Below are positions 31,610 to 43,319 of a DNA stretch of 64,000 nucleotides, piece by piece. The translations under genes were made by a program, and so were the position numbers. The DNA lies in NCBI GenBank assembly GCA_963734545.1, contig CAVTHO010000009.1, forward strand, positions 256,001 to 320,000. Direction: 5' to 3'. Positions within the stretch are counted from its first letter, which is position 1, and every line of letters starts with the position of its first letter. The notes beneath the pieces were generated by a model. That model did not search any database, was not told where the DNA came from, and worked only from the letters and a program-made list of their open reading frames with translations. The stretch is from an uncultured Spirochaetota bacterium. Lineage in GTDB: Bacteria > Spirochaetota > Spirochaetia > SZUA-6 > Fen-1364.

Positions 31610-31761
31610 GACGTTGATCCTCCCTCGGAAACAAGTCGGAGCACGCCGGGAATCCTCGACACGCCGCGCAGGGAATTCCGACACGATTTGGCCGAATTGT
31701 CGATACCGAAAATTCCCGGCGGCATGCGGCAGGCGAGCCGCCAGGCTGTGGGGGATGGCGC

Positions 31762-32139
31762 CTACGCCGGGCTGCCCGCCGCGCGGGTCTTGCGGGCCCG
31801 GAGCAGGGCCGCCGCGAGCAGGACCACGCCCAGCACCATCAGCAGGATCGCAAAGACGGGCAGCTTGTACGGAAGGTGAAAAACCGACCGCGACATGTCC
31901 AGCCCGCCCCACACCAGGGTCAGTATGCCGAGCGTGATCGAAAAGCCGTTCACGGGTATCCCCTTGAAACGCCGCACCGCGTTCAGCGCGAGCAGGATCA
32001 CGCCGGTGCCTGCCGCGTCCAGTCCGTTCGGCATGAAGTGCTTCAGGAAGGAGAGCCCCCACCATACAAAGAGCGTCCCCCACGCAACGGCTTCAAGAAT
32101 GCCACCCAGGTTCTTCCTGTCTTCCATACATGCCTCCAT
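31762..32139 (-). CDS. small four-helix membrane protein, hypothetical
   Basis: Four hydrophobic segments; RBS GGAGG upstream. Confidence 0.65.
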   Translation of the reverse strand: MEACMEDRKNLGGILEAVAWGTLFVWWGLSFLKHFMPNGLDAAGTGVILLALNAVRRFKGIPVNGFSITLGILTLVWGGLDMSRSVFHLPYKLPVFAILLMVLGVVLLAAALLRARKTRAAGSPA

Positions 32140-32151
32140 TCCTTCTCTGAT

Positions 32152-32685
32152 CTACGCGTCCAACCAGCGCTGAAACGCCGGGATATCGCCTGCTTGATAT
32201 CGCATCTTCATGGCCATCGCCCTGGTCTGCTCTGGGGAAAAGAGGAAGTACTTCCCGAGAGCTTTCGCATAGATGCTCCCCTGTTCGTCGTAGAGAGCGC
32301 CCTCGGCCGACCAGCACTTTCCCCGTCCCGTTGCCACGCGCGCCCGGGCCAGGTATTTTTGTCCCAGCAGAACGGGCTTCACGAATCGCACAGTCAGCTC
32401 GGCGGTGCATGCCAGGAGGTCGTTCCTGAAGGAAACGCTCCAGCCGCTCAGCTCGTCGAGCAGAGCGCTGATCACCCCGCCGTGGACCACGTTGTCATAG
32501 CCTGTCTGCGCGGCATCCGGCTGGAACCACGCGCATACTTCGCCTTCGTCGCCCGTGAAGAAGCGCATGCGCAATCCCCGAGGGTGGTGCTGTCCGCAGA
32601 CATAGCATCCGTCGTAGCTGGGGAGGTACGTGGTGATCCCTGGCTGGCCGATGGACTCTGTCGATGAATGCAGCTCCGTGTTCAT
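32152..32685 (-). CDS. PaaI-family (hotdog) thioesterase
   Basis: CYVCG..HP.GL.MRF, GYDNVVHGGVISALLDE, TAELTVRFVKPV. Confidence 0.85.
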   Translation of the reverse strand: MNTELHSSTESIGQPGITTYLPSYDGCYVCGQHHPRGLRMRFFTGDEGEVCAWFQPDAAQTGYDNVVHGGVISALLDELSGWSVSFRNDLLACTAELTVRFVKPVLLGQKYLARARVATGRGKCWSAEGALYDEQGSIYAKALGKYFLFSPEQTRAMAMKMRYQAGDIPAFQRWLDA

Positions 32686-32705
32686 TCTGTCTCCTTTCAG
32701 ATATT

Positions 32706-32729
32706 CACATACCAAACGTTCGGTATGTA
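32706..32729. promoter_or_regulatory. TetR operator (copy 2)
   Basis: CACATACCAAACGTTCGGTATGTA inverted repeat between tetR and the thioesterase gene. Confidence 0.75.
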
Positions 32730-32746
32730 AGCCTACCAACGAAAGC

Positions 32747-33358
32747 TCATGCCCTCAAGCCGCTGATCAACACCTTTTTCAACGTGGCCATGATCGTCCG
32801 GTAGTCCACGAGCTCCCGCTCGGATATCGGCCGGGAGCAGGCGGTTCCGCGCAGCATTCCCACGATGGTGAGCGCGGCAAGCGCCGCGTCTATGTCCTCC
32901 CTGACCTGCCCCGCCGCCTGCCCCTTGCGGATGATCTGCTCGACGAAACGGGTCAGCTCGCCATAGACCTGCTGCAGGGCGGCGGCCAGCTCCGGCCTGA
33001 CACCTTCCAGCTCCGTCATCATTCCATTGAGAACGAGACAGAAAGCCTCGTTTCGCTCCAGGAAAAGGGCATGATTGTCCAGCAGCGCGGACAGCCGGTC
33101 GATTGCGTCATGGGAGCCTGCCACTTTTCTTGCCACGGAATCTCTCCAGGTGACGCGGATCTTCTCGATCACGGCGAAGAATATCGCCTCCTTGCTCTCG
33201 AAATGATGGTACAGCGCGCCCCTGGTGACCTCGACGGCCCCGGCCAGGTCGGCGATCGAGGTGGCGATGTAACCCTTACGGACAAAAAGACGGGCTGCCG
33301 CCTCGACGATGCGCTCGCGAGTGTGCTCGCTCTGCAATGCTCTGCTCGTTTTCTCCAT
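32747..33358 (-). CDS. TetR/AcrR family transcriptional regulator
   Basis: TRERIVEAAARLF..KGY.ATSIADLA....VTRGALYHHFESKE. Confidence 0.93.
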   Translation of the reverse strand: MEKTSRALQSEHTRERIVEAAARLFVRKGYIATSIADLAGAVEVTRGALYHHFESKEAIFFAVIEKIRVTWRDSVARKVAGSHDAIDRLSALLDNHALFLERNEAFCLVLNGMMTELEGVRPELAAALQQVYGELTRFVEQIIRKGQAAGQVREDIDAALAALTIVGMLRGTACSRPISERELVDYRTIMATLKKVLISGLRA

Positions 33359-33377
33359 ATGATATTGCCGTTCTGCT

Positions 33378-33435
33378 CACATACTGAACGATCGGTATGT
33401 GAAGAGATATTAGCCCAGGGGGACGTTCCTGTCAA
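33378..33435 (-). promoter_or_regulatory. tetR promoter and operator (copy 1)
   Basis: Minus-strand TTGACA-N17-TAATAT, then the palindrome CACATACTGAACGATCGGTATGTG (33378-33401). Confidence 0.8.
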
Positions 33436-33453
33436 GAAAAATCGGCAGATTTC

Positions 33454-35973
33454 CTACCGGCCGCCCGACTCGCCGGGAGCCGCAAGATCGTCCGCCACAA
33501 AGAGGAGCACCGGCTGAAAGCCCGTGGGATAGCTCATCATTGTGGTCCAGACCTGCGTGACACCCGATGCCGTCCACACTTTCCCGTTCTTCGATTTCGC
33601 GGAAAGGAGATACCGCACCACGGCGCCTTCCGGCACCTGTATCGCTTTGCCGAACGTGGCCTTGTCCCGGCCGCGGCCGGGCCGGCTGAAAACGGTGTCC
33701 GCACCATAGGGCGCGCGGGTCCGCTCATCCACGATCTGCACCGAGATCGCATACTCTCCCTTGTCGTTCCTGTCGAAGTCTTCCTTGTCCGCGGCCCGCT
33801 CCCTGCCCCGGGGCATCCGCGAGAGGTAGCCGGTGACCGTGGTGGGGCTGCCGATGGGGGGCCAGCTCAGTCGAGGATTGTCGCCAAAGACAAGGAACGG
33901 TATGTCGACGTTGACCTCGTCGTCGGCAGCCTGCGCTTCGGTATAGGAAAGGAAATGTCCGGCCACGGTCCGAATGACCGTTTCCACCTCCACCAGCCGA
34001 TCCCTGTTCAGAGACACTGCGTCGGACCGGGCGGACAGCGCCACCAGGCGATCGGCACCCTGCCGTTTCGCCTCGACAGGCGCCGTGAACTGCGCGATAA
34101 CCTCATTTGTCCGATAGTATCGGACGGTGACCTGCGCCTGCGTGCCGATCTGATCGCCGTTGCTGGAAAGAGCGGAAACCGTGGGGCCCGGGAGCTTCAG
34201 GTTCCTGGCCGTGACGGTGATTCGGTCACGACCGGTCTCCGCGGGCGGCGGGGGGGAGCCGCCGCCGGCAGGCTGTCCCTTGTCCGGCTGAGGTCCCCCG
34301 GGAGGGATTGCGGCACCCGCAGCGTCGCGCGTCACGCGCAGGCTGTAGCGGAGCCTCGTGCCGTCCTGCGCGGTCACGTCGATGACAACGATGCGCCCGA
34401 CACCCGGCTGCAGGGGAATGGCGCGTCCTACCTGCCCCGCAGGACTGCCGTCGATCGCCACCGCTGCTGCCCGGCTCTGCGCGCGGGCGGAGAGCACCAC
34501 CATCTCGACGTTTGACGGGACCCGTGCTTCATACTGCAGGATCGATGGATCGAAGGCAGGCGCGAGCTGCGCGCCCGTGAGCTGCAGCATGGACAGGAGG
34601 GCGTTGTCGTCCAGGATCACGGGCGCCGCAGCCCTCTGGATCTGCACGCGGTAGAGCTTCTGGGAGCCGTCCTCCGCGACCACCACGAAAGAGGCGGCAT
34701 TGGCCGCGCCGGGATCCACGGCGATGGTGACATCCAGGCGCGGCGCCGGCTTCAGGTTCGGCAGCTCGGCAACGCTCACCAGCGCCACGGGGCTCGCCGC
34801 AACCGCGGTCACCACCACGCTCTCGACGGCGGCCGGCAGCCCGACGCTGTACGACACGATCCGCGGCGTGAACACGGGGTTCAGAGCGCCGGACGAGACG
34901 CCGAGTGAGGCAAGGTCGGCATTGCGATCCGGCGGGGCCCGGCGTATGTCCACGAGGTACTGCTGCGCCGTTCCGTCTTCCGCGGTGACGGTGATCGCGA
35001 TTGCGAGCCGGCCGCGGGGAAAGGCAACCACGGCGCCTGCAGCGGAAGCCGGGTCTCCCCGGGGCTGAAGCGGCGTCGCGCCGCCCCCGATGGGCAGGGA
35101 CGCGACGCTCACCGTGGCCACGCCGCTCTGAGGGCGCGCATGCACGACGAGCTGCTTTGTGGCAAAGGGAGCGAGCGCCTGGTACCTCCCCTGCGAGGGT
35201 GAGAAGGCGGGAAAGATCGGAGCGTTCTGCAGATCCAGCGTTTCGAGCGCGGCGTTGCTGTCCGGCGCGGCCCGGGCGATGCTCACCGTGTACCGGTCCC
35301 TGGTCACACCGTCCTCCGCAAGTGTCTCGATGGTGACCGCGCGCTCCTGCACCCCCTGGAACTCCACCGTGCCGGTCCCCGCGGCCCCGCGGAACTCGGC
35401 TCCGTCTATCGTGACGCTCTTCATGTAGGGGCTCTGGCCCCTTGCTTCAACCCGGACGGCGGTGGCCGCAAAGGGGACGACGACAGTATAGCTGTGCACC
35501 GCCGGGTTGAATGCCGGCTGTAGAACGGCCCCCCGGGGAAGCACGAGCGCGGAAAGTCGCGCATTGCTCTGCGCTTCCCGGACGAACACCTTGTATGGCC
35601 AGGGCTTCTTTTCCCCAGGCAATTCGATCGCGTAGATCACGGGCACGGAGAAGTCATTTGGCGTGACGCCGTTCTCCTGGACAACCCGGCTCCCGCTGGA
35701 GATCACCGTGATGGCCGCTGCCTTGTTCAGGGTGAGGGTCGCCACCAGGGTGCGCACGTCTGTCCCCGGGGGAACGACCAGGTGGACCTCCTGGGGAAAG
35801 GGACGCTCATCGATCGCACCCGCTATGGTCTGGGCCAGCGATTTGTTCACCCCGGCAAGAAAAACGAAACTGTCCAGCGGCCCATGCCCCCTGCCTATGC
35901 TGGCGCAGCCCGCAAGGCCCGCGAGGATAATAACCGAGACAACCGCGCCCCGGAGAAGCTTACGCATATTCAC
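33454..35973 (-). CDS. surface lipoprotein with four cadherin-like beta-sandwich repeats and an unknown C-terminal domain
   Basis: Lipobox LAGC; repeats start SNARLSAL, SNAALETL, RNADLASL and DNALLSML, each with P.F.P....Y and ending T/VAEDG...Y; Pro/Gly linker. Confidence 0.8.
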   Translation of the reverse strand: MNMRKLLRGAVVSVIILAGLAGCASIGRGHGPLDSFVFLAGVNKSLAQTIAGAIDERPFPQEVHLVVPPGTDVRTLVATLTLNKAAAITVISSGSRVVQENGVTPNDFSVPVIYAIELPGEKKPWPYKVFVREAQSNARLSALVLPRGAVLQPAFNPAVHSYTVVVPFAATAVRVEARGQSPYMKSVTIDGAEFRGAAGTGTVEFQGVQERAVTIETLAEDGVTRDRYTVSIARAAPDSNAALETLDLQNAPIFPAFSPSQGRYQALAPFATKQLVVHARPQSGVATVSVASLPIGGGATPLQPRGDPASAAGAVVAFPRGRLAIAITVTAEDGTAQQYLVDIRRAPPDRNADLASLGVSSGALNPVFTPRIVSYSVGLPAAVESVVVTAVAASPVALVSVAELPNLKPAPRLDVTIAVDPGAANAASFVVVAEDGSQKLYRVQIQRAAAPVILDDNALLSMLQLTGAQLAPAFDPSILQYEARVPSNVEMVVLSARAQSRAAAVAIDGSPAGQVGRAIPLQPGVGRIVVIDVTAQDGTRLRYSLRVTRDAAGAAIPPGGPQPDKGQPAGGGSPPPPAETGRDRITVTARNLKLPGPTVSALSSNGDQIGTQAQVTVRYYRTNEVIAQFTAPVEAKRQGADRLVALSARSDAVSLNRDRLVEVETVIRTVAGHFLSYTEAQAADDEVNVDIPFLVFGDNPRLSWPPIGSPTTVTGYLSRMPRGRERAADKEDFDRNDKGEYAISVQIVDERTRAPYGADTVFSRPGRGRDKATFGKAIQVPEGAVVRYLLSAKSKNGKVWTASGVTQVWTTMMSYPTGFQPVLLFVADDLAAPGESGGR

Positions 35974-36022
35974 CTGCTTTCCGGGGGCGATTATACCACG
36001 TCTGTAAAACTAGCGGCGCGCC

Positions 36023-38268
36023 CTATGCCTTCTTCCGCGCGAAGGTCATCCAGGTAGCGCGCACGATGAACACGAAGATGACCAGCCCGCCGATACCGAA
36101 GATCGTATCCGGCAGGATCCTCAGGTAGTTCAGCAGCTTGATCACGGGCCCGAGGTGATCTCGGGGCTTCGCGCGTACCAGACGCCGTACGTGATGGCGT
36201 AGTAGAGCTGGTAGAATGCGGACGGGCGAAGGCTGAGGAGCATCATGCCCAGCAGGCCTCCGTTCAGAAGCCAGAACGCCCATTTCAGCAGTCCGCTCGA
36301 CCACGCCTTGATCGGCACGATGTGGCGCACGGAGAAGAGCATGAGAGCGATGGCGAGGATGCCGTAGACCCCGAAGAGCGCCGTGTGCGCGTGCAGCGGA
36401 GTGGTGTTCATGCCCTGCGCGTAGTACAGGACGATCGGCGGGTTGATCAGGAACCCGAACACGCCCGCGCCCACGACGTTCCAGAACGCCACGGCGATGA
36501 AGAAGTACACCGGCCACTTGTACGCGTAGTTGCTGCCCCCCGTCTTCAGCGTTTTCAGGTTCTGCGCCGTCTCGAAACCGAGCAGCGCCAGCGGAACGAT
36601 CTCCAGCGCGGAGAACACGGCGCCCAGCGCGATGATGGGTGTCGGCGTGCCTGTCCAGTAGAGGTGATGGAACGTGCCGATCACCCCTGCCCCCAGGTAG
36701 AGGAAGATGCTGACGTAGACGACCTTCAGGGCGAACTTCGGCGCTCACGGCGCCGATGCGGGACAGGATGAAGGCGAGCACCACGGTGGCGAACACCTCG
36801 AAGAAGCCCTCCACCCAGAGGTGGACGACCCACCAGCGCCAGTACTCCGCGTCCGAGAGATCGCTCGACCTGCCGTAGAGCAGGCCGGCCATGTAGAAGA
36901 GCGGGATGGCCACCGCGCTGTACAGCAGCACGTGCGTGAGACCGCCGTTGTCCTTTTCTCCGGGAAGGGCGGGACGGATGGCCCGTACCACCAGCACGAG
37001 CCAGATGATCATGCCGACGATGAGCAGGATCTGCCAGACGCGGCCGAGCTCGATGTACTCATAGCCCTGGTGGCCGAAGAGGAACCCGTTGGAGCCGAAC
37101 CGGCCCTGGACGGACAGCCACGTTCCCGCCAGGGATCCGAGCACCACGATCACCACGGCCAGGAACAACGCCAGGGAAAGGGTCGCCTGTCGCTTCGGCT
37201 CCTTGCCCACGAACGGTCCGATGAAGAGACCCGTGGCCAGGAAGCAGGTGGCGATCCAGAAGATCGCGAGCTGGAGGTGCCAGGTGCGCACCGCCGCGTA
37301 GGGCAGGATCTTCTGAATGGGCACGCCCAGGAAGGTCGCGCCTTCGACGGTGTAGTGCGCGGTCAGTGCTCCCAGCACGACTTGAAGGACGAACAGCGCC
37401 ATCGCCGTGATGAAATAGGCCAGTGTCGTCTTCTGACTTCCCGTGGGCTTCGGCTCGCCGAACTTCGTGCACGAGCTGCGCCGAGTAGTCCGCCTTCGTG
37501 CATGTAGCGCGCGTAGAGGAATATCGCGCCTGCCGAGGAAAAGGATGAGGATGATGACGCTCACGATGGACCAGATCAGGGTGCCGGCAACCGGCTGGTT
37601 GCCCACGAGCGGGTCGAACGGCCAGTTGGTCGTGTAGGTGACGTTGTCTCCCAGCCGATTGGTGCCCGCCGCCCAGGCCAGCCACGCGAAAAAGCTGGTG
37701 AGATTGTGGCCCTCGGCGTCCGTCTTGACGATACCGGGCTGCAGCCCCATGCGGTCGTTGCCGTCCCGGAAAAGCGCCGTGTAGTACCCCTGGAGGGCGG
37801 CAAAGGCCTCGGCCTGCGCGGGAGTGAAAAGGAGCTTGTCGGCCGCCGGGTCGTAGCGGTTCGTCTTGATCTCCCGCGTGGCCAGCGCGCGCAGCTCTGC
37901 CTTCTTCAGATCGCTCCATGGCATCGAGATCTTTCTGCGTGAAGGCCGCCGCGGCGTTCGCGGTGTAGGCCGGTGAGCCGTGCCCCCACGTACAGGCCCA
38001 TGCGGTGCAGAAAGTCCGCCGACCAGTCAGGCGCAAGATAGGAGCCGTGGCCCCAGATGGTGCCCATGTCCTGCCCGCCCCTGCTCAGGTACAGCTTCTG
38101 CCCGCTTTTCACGTCGTCGCGGGTAAAGACGGTCTGGCCCGCGGCGGTTGTCACCGTGCCGGGGATGGGTGGTTTCTCCTGGTGGATCAGATACCCTCCG
38201 AAGAGGAGCACGCCGAACGTAACGGCGAGCATGAAGAGTAAAAGAGCACGCACCTTTGGATTGTTCAT
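36023..38268 (-). CDS. norB: quinol-dependent nitric oxide reductase (qNor), multiply frameshifted
   Basis: GTIWGHGSYLAPDWSADFLH, TYTTNWP.DP, LTAHYTVEG, RTWHLQ, YEYIELGR.WQ, WRWWVVHLWVEGFFEVF, GTFHHLYW, SALEIVPL, HAHTALFGVYG. Confidence 0.93.
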
Positions 38269-38312
38269 GCACGGACCTCCTGCGGCGCTGCGGCCAATGA
38301 TTTTACGGTCGC

Positions 38313-38708
38313 CTAGTCCGCGACCTCGGACAGGTTCGTATCGCGAAGAAAACCGAGGTACTCCTTCCTGACCCTCGCCCACCCCTCGTGGAGCATGCAG
38401 TGCTCCTTCCGGGTGCACTGGGCCCTGCCCAGAATGCATCCCTTGATCCGGCTCACGTGCTCGATGGGCTCGAGCACGTCGTACAGGGAGATGCTCCCCC
38501 GGGCCCGGGCCAGACGGAACCCGCCCCTGCTCCCCTTGCGGCCTTCCAGCAGGCCGGCCCGGGCAAGCTGGCGCAGGAGCTTGCCCAGGTAGTTCCGCGG
38601 GGCCTTGATCCGCGCCGCTATCTCCCCCGCCCCCTTATACGCGCCCGCGGGGAGGCCGGCGAGGTACGCCATGGCCTTGAGGGCGTGCGTGCCCGTCCGC
38701 GTGATCAT
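38313..38708 (-). CDS. Rrf2 family transcriptional regulator with three Cys + His (Fe-S ligand pattern)
   Basis: YLGKLLRQLARAGLL...KGSRGGFRLAR, ISLYDV, CILGRAQCTRKEHCMLH. Confidence 0.9.
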   Translation of the reverse strand: MITRTGTHALKAMAYLAGLPAGAYKGAGEIAARIKAPRNYLGKLLRQLARAGLLEGRKGSRGGFRLARARGSISLYDVLEPIEHVSRIKGCILGRAQCTRKEHCMLHEGWARVRKEYLGFLRDTNLSEVAD

Positions 38709-38722
38709 ACGATCCGCTTCTG

Positions 38723-38778
38723 AATAGGATATTCGCATGCGATTCCCATTATTAACACGGGCGCCGAAAACCTGTCAA
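38723..38778 (-). promoter_or_regulatory. candidate promoter and imperfect palindromic operator for rrf2-qnor
   Basis: Minus-strand TTGACA at 38778-38773; AATAGGATATTCGCATGCGATTCCCATT (38723-38750) imperfect inverted repeat. Confidence 0.45.
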
Positions 38779-38840
38779 GAAAAAACTCGAGAGCCGGCCG
38801 CCGCTTCTCCCGCCCCCCGGAGCGTGCTATAGTGCGCGGG

Positions 38841-39593
38841 ATGAGTTCAAAACGCTATCCGCCGATGGAGGCGTTGTCGCCGACCGGGCAGACGCGCGTG
38901 GTGCGTGAAATCTTCACGACCGGCCACGAGAGGTACGACCTGCTCAATCACCTGCTGAGCTTCCGTCGCGACCTTGGGCTGGCGCGCGGTGGCGGTGAAA
39001 AGGATGCGTTTTGGACGCACCCTCAGGTTCCTCGACGTGGCCACCGGCACGGCAGACCTGGCAATCGCAGCGGCGCGCCGGTTCCCGCGCATCGCAGTCA
39101 CCGGCATCGATTTCGCGGCGCCGATGCTGGAGGTCGGACGCAGGAAAGTGCGGGAGGAGGGACTGCAGGAGCGCATCAGCCTGGAAGAAGGGGACGCACT
39201 CGCGCTGCCCTTTCCAGGCGGGTCCTTCGACGTCACGGCGGTTGCGTTCGGCATGCGCAACATACCGGACCGGCGCCGCGCGCTCGGCGAGATGGCGCGT
39301 GTCACGGTCCCGGGCGGGCAGGTGATGATCCTGGAGATGACCTTCGCGCCCGTCCCGGCTCTTCCGCCCGCTTTACGGCTTCTATCTCAGGCGCGTCCTC
39401 CCGGGCATGGCCCGGCTCTTCGCGGGCAATCCGGCGACGTACTCACTACCTGGGAGACTCGATCAGGCACTTTCCCTCTCCCGACGCCCTCCGCGCCCTC
39501 ATGGAGGAGGCCGGGCTTCGGGAAGTCACTTATACCCGGCTGACCTTCGGAGTCGCGTACCTGCACATCGGCCGTGTACCAGGAGGCGCATGA
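38841..39593 (+). CDS. menG: UbiE/MenG quinone methyltransferase (frameshifted)
   Basis: RYDLLNHLLSF..D..WR, LDVATGTADLA, GDALALPF...SFD...AFGMRN, YLGDSI..FP, LTFGVA. Confidence 0.88.
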   Translation: MSSKRYPPMEALSPTGQTRVVREIFTTGHERYDLLNHLLSFRRDLGLARGGGEKDAFWTHPQVPRRGHRHGRPGNRSGAPVPAHRSHRHRFRGADAGGRTQESAGGGTAGAHQPGRRGRTRAALSRRVLRRHGGCVRHAQHTGPAPRARRDGACHGPGRAGDDPGDDLRARPGSSARFTASISGASSRAWPGSSRAIRRRTHYLGDSIRHFPSPDALRALMEEAGLREVTYTRLTFGVAYLHIGRVPGGA

Positions 39594-40452
<859 letters not shown>

Positions 40453-40505
40453 CACCTCCATGATCGTTGGTTAGATTCTTAACGGCGCCGGGCCGGGCAA
40501 CAACG

Positions 40506-40910
40506 ATGAGCGCAATACTATCTTTGGCGGTCTATCTTGCAGTCGTCGTCCTCCTCGTCGGCTTTCTGATGCTGGTGACGCATCTCTCGGGAGAGCGCCA
40601 CTTCCAGAGCGGCACCGGAATTCCCTACGAATCCGGCGTTCCCCTCACCGGTTCGGCCCGGCTGCGGTTTGCCGCTGATTTCTACCTCATCGCAATGTTC
40701 TTCGTCATCTTCGACATTTCCGCCGTGTTTCTCTTTGCATGGGCGGTGGCGGCGCGGGAGCTGGGCTGGCCCGGCTACGTTGCTGCCGTGGTATTCATGA
40801 TCGAAACGGTGGCGGGCCTCGCGTATCTATGGAAGAAGGGCGCCTTCGACTGGGGCGCGCGCAGGCTGCGGGAGCACCGGGAAAGGCACGGGATGGGTCA
40901 TGCTGCGTAG
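40506..40910 (+). CDS. nuoA: NADH-quinone oxidoreductase subunit A
   Basis: [27 protein letters not shown]. Confidence 0.93.
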   Translation: MSAILSLAVYLAVVVLLVGFLMLVTHLSGERHFQSGTGIPYESGVPLTGSARLRFAADFYLIAMFFVIFDISAVFLFAWAVAARELGWPGYVAAVVFMIETVAGLAYLWKKGAFDWGARRLREHRERHGMGHAA

Positions 40911-41520
40911 AAAGCGGCCCGTCGGGCTGCCGCGGGGCCTGGAGCGCCAGGCCCCGAGCAACGACGTCTACATGGCCCGCAGGAACGACCTGATTGCGTG
41001 GGGCAGGAAATACTCGATGTGGCCCTTCAACTTCGGCCTGTCCTGCTGCTACGTGGAAATGGCCACTGCCATCACGAGCAAGTACGACATTGCACGGTTC
41101 GGCTCAGAGATCATCCGCGGCTCCCCGAGGGAAGCCGACGTCATGGTGGTGGCAGGGACCGTGTTCGCCAAGATGGCCCCGCTGGTGCTGCACATGTACG
41201 AGCAGATGATGGAACCCCGCTGGGTCATCTGCATGGGCTCCTGCGCCAGCTCGGGAGGAATGTACGATATATACAGCGTCGTGCAGGGAGTGGACTCGTT
41301 CCTCCCCGTCGATGTCTACGTCCAGGGATGCCCTCCCAGCCCTGATTCATTCATGAGAGGCCTCGTCCTCCTGGGAGAAGCGGTTGCCACGGAGAAGCGC
41401 CCGCTCTCGTGGGTCGTGGGACCGCAGGGGGTCATCCGGACGGTGAAACCGTCGCTGCGCGACAACATGCGCCCGGAACGGCAGAAACAGACAGATTTGC
41501 GCTCGCCTGACGAAGTCTAG
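40900..41520 (+). CDS. nuoB: NADH-quinone oxidoreductase subunit B
   Basis: [36 protein letters not shown]. Confidence 0.95.
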   Translation: MLRRKRPVGLPRGLERQAPSNDVYMARRNDLIAWGRKYSMWPFNFGLSCCYVEMATAITSKYDIARFGSEIIRGSPREADVMVVAGTVFAKMAPLVLHMYEQMMEPRWVICMGSCASSGGMYDIYSVVQGVDSFLPVDVYVQGCPPSPDSFMRGLVLLGEAVATEKRPLSWVVGPQGVIRTVKPSLRDNMRPERQKQTDLRSPDEV

Positions 41521-41552
41521 GCGGGCTATCCGCGGCTCGGGAGATTGGGGAG

Positions 41553-43303
41553 ATGACCGCAACGACGGGAACGATCGGGGAGATCTCTGAAAGGTTCGGC
41601 GCGGGCTCTCTCCATGCGCAGCCCACGAAGGACGGGGTCCCCACAGTCTGGGTAGGCGCGGAGCGCTTCCGGGACGTCCTGGCCTGGCTCAAGTCCGGCC
41701 CGGGCGGCTCCTACAGCATGCTGCTGGACATCACGGCCATCGACGAGCGCGAGCCGGGCGCATCGGGAAGATCAGCCGCCCGCTGATTTCAGCGTCGTGT
41801 ACCACCTCGTCTCCATGGACCGCAACCGGGATGTGCGGCTCAAGGTGCCGCTCCAGGGATCGAATCCCGCGCTGCGCACGATCACCGACCTCTGGCCCAA
41901 CGCGGACTGGTACGAACGCGAGACGTGGGACATGTTCGGCATCACGTTCGAAGGACATCCGCACCTTCGCCGCATCCTCATGCCTCCCTGGTGGGAGGGT
42001 CATCCCCTGCGCAAGGAACACCCTGCCCGGGCGACCGAAATGGGCCCTTACCACATGACGAGCGCGGATGCCCAGCGCATGCTGGCCACCCTGGAGTTCA
42101 AGCCCGAGGAATGGGGCATGAAACGGGAGAGCGGGGACCACCAGTACATGTTCCTCAATATCGGCCCGCAGCATCCCTCCACGCACGGCGTTGTCCGCTT
42201 CACCGTCCAGCTCGACGGAGAAGAGATCCTGGACCTGGTGCCCGACATCGGCTTCCATCACCGGGGCGCCGAGAAGATGGGGGAGCGCCAGACCTGGCAC
42301 ACCTACATCCCCTACACGGACCGCATCGACTACCTGGGCGGCCTGCTGAACAATTTTCCGTATGTGCTGGCCGTGGAGAAGCTCGCCGGAATCGAGGTGC
42401 CCGAGCGCGCGCAGGTGATCCGCGTGATGATGGCGGAGCTGTTCCGCATCATCAGCCATCTCGTCTTCTACGGCACTTTCAGCGCGGACCTCGGCCAGAT
42501 GTCTCCCCTGTTCTGGATGTTCAACGACCGGGAGCGCGCCTTCGACATCGTGGAGGCCGTCACCGGGGGCCGGATGCACCCCGCCTGGTTCCGCATCGGC
42601 GGGAGTGGCCATGGACCTGCCCGCCGGGTGGGACCGCATGATGCGGGACTTCATCAAGTACATGCGCAGGAGACTGCGTGACTATGACGTGACGGTGATG
42701 AAGAACAGGATCGTCAAGGCGCGCACAAAGGGCATTGGCCTGGTGAGCAAAGAGGAGGCCATTGCGTGGGGGGCCACGGGGCCTTTCCTGCGCGGATCCG
42801 GCGTGGACTGGGATCTCCGGAAGAAGAGGCCCTATGGAGGATACGAGAAGTTCGAGTTCGATGTCCCCATCGGGGCGAACGGGGATTCCTATGACAGGGT
42901 CGCCGTCCACGTGGAGGAAATGCGGCAGAGCCTCCGCATCATGGAGCAGTGCCTGAACAACATGCCGGCAGGGCACTACAAGTCGGATCACCCGCTGGCC
43001 ACCCCGCCCCGGAAGGAGCGGACGATGCACGACATCGAGACGCTCATCAACCACTTCCTCGGCGTGAGCTGGGGACCGGTTGTGCCGCCCGGAGAGGCAA
43101 TCGCGGTGGCGGAAGGGTCAAAGGGGAATCACGCGTACTACCTCGTGAGTGACGGGGGGACCATGAGCTACCGGACCCGGATCCGCACGCCATCCTTCGC
43201 GCACATCCAGATGGTGCCCATGCTCTGCCGTGGGCTGACCGTCCCCGACATGGTGGCAATCCTTGGAAGCATCGACTACGTTCTGGCGGACATCGACAGG
43301 TGA
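41553..43303 (+). CDS. nuoCD: fused NADH-quinone oxidoreductase subunit C/D (frameshifted)
   Basis: [28 protein letters not shown] continuing in frame into [21 protein letters not shown] and RIRTPSF...DYVLADIDR. Confidence 0.93.
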
Positions 43304-43319
43304 GGGGGTCGAAAGGGAC

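Noticed and set aside
36023-38268. Possible nitric oxide dismutase (Nod) variant
   Set aside because: Canonical qNor residues are all present (HLWVEG, GTFHHLYW with both His, SALE, quinol-site AHY and R..PD), so it reads as an ordinary qNor.
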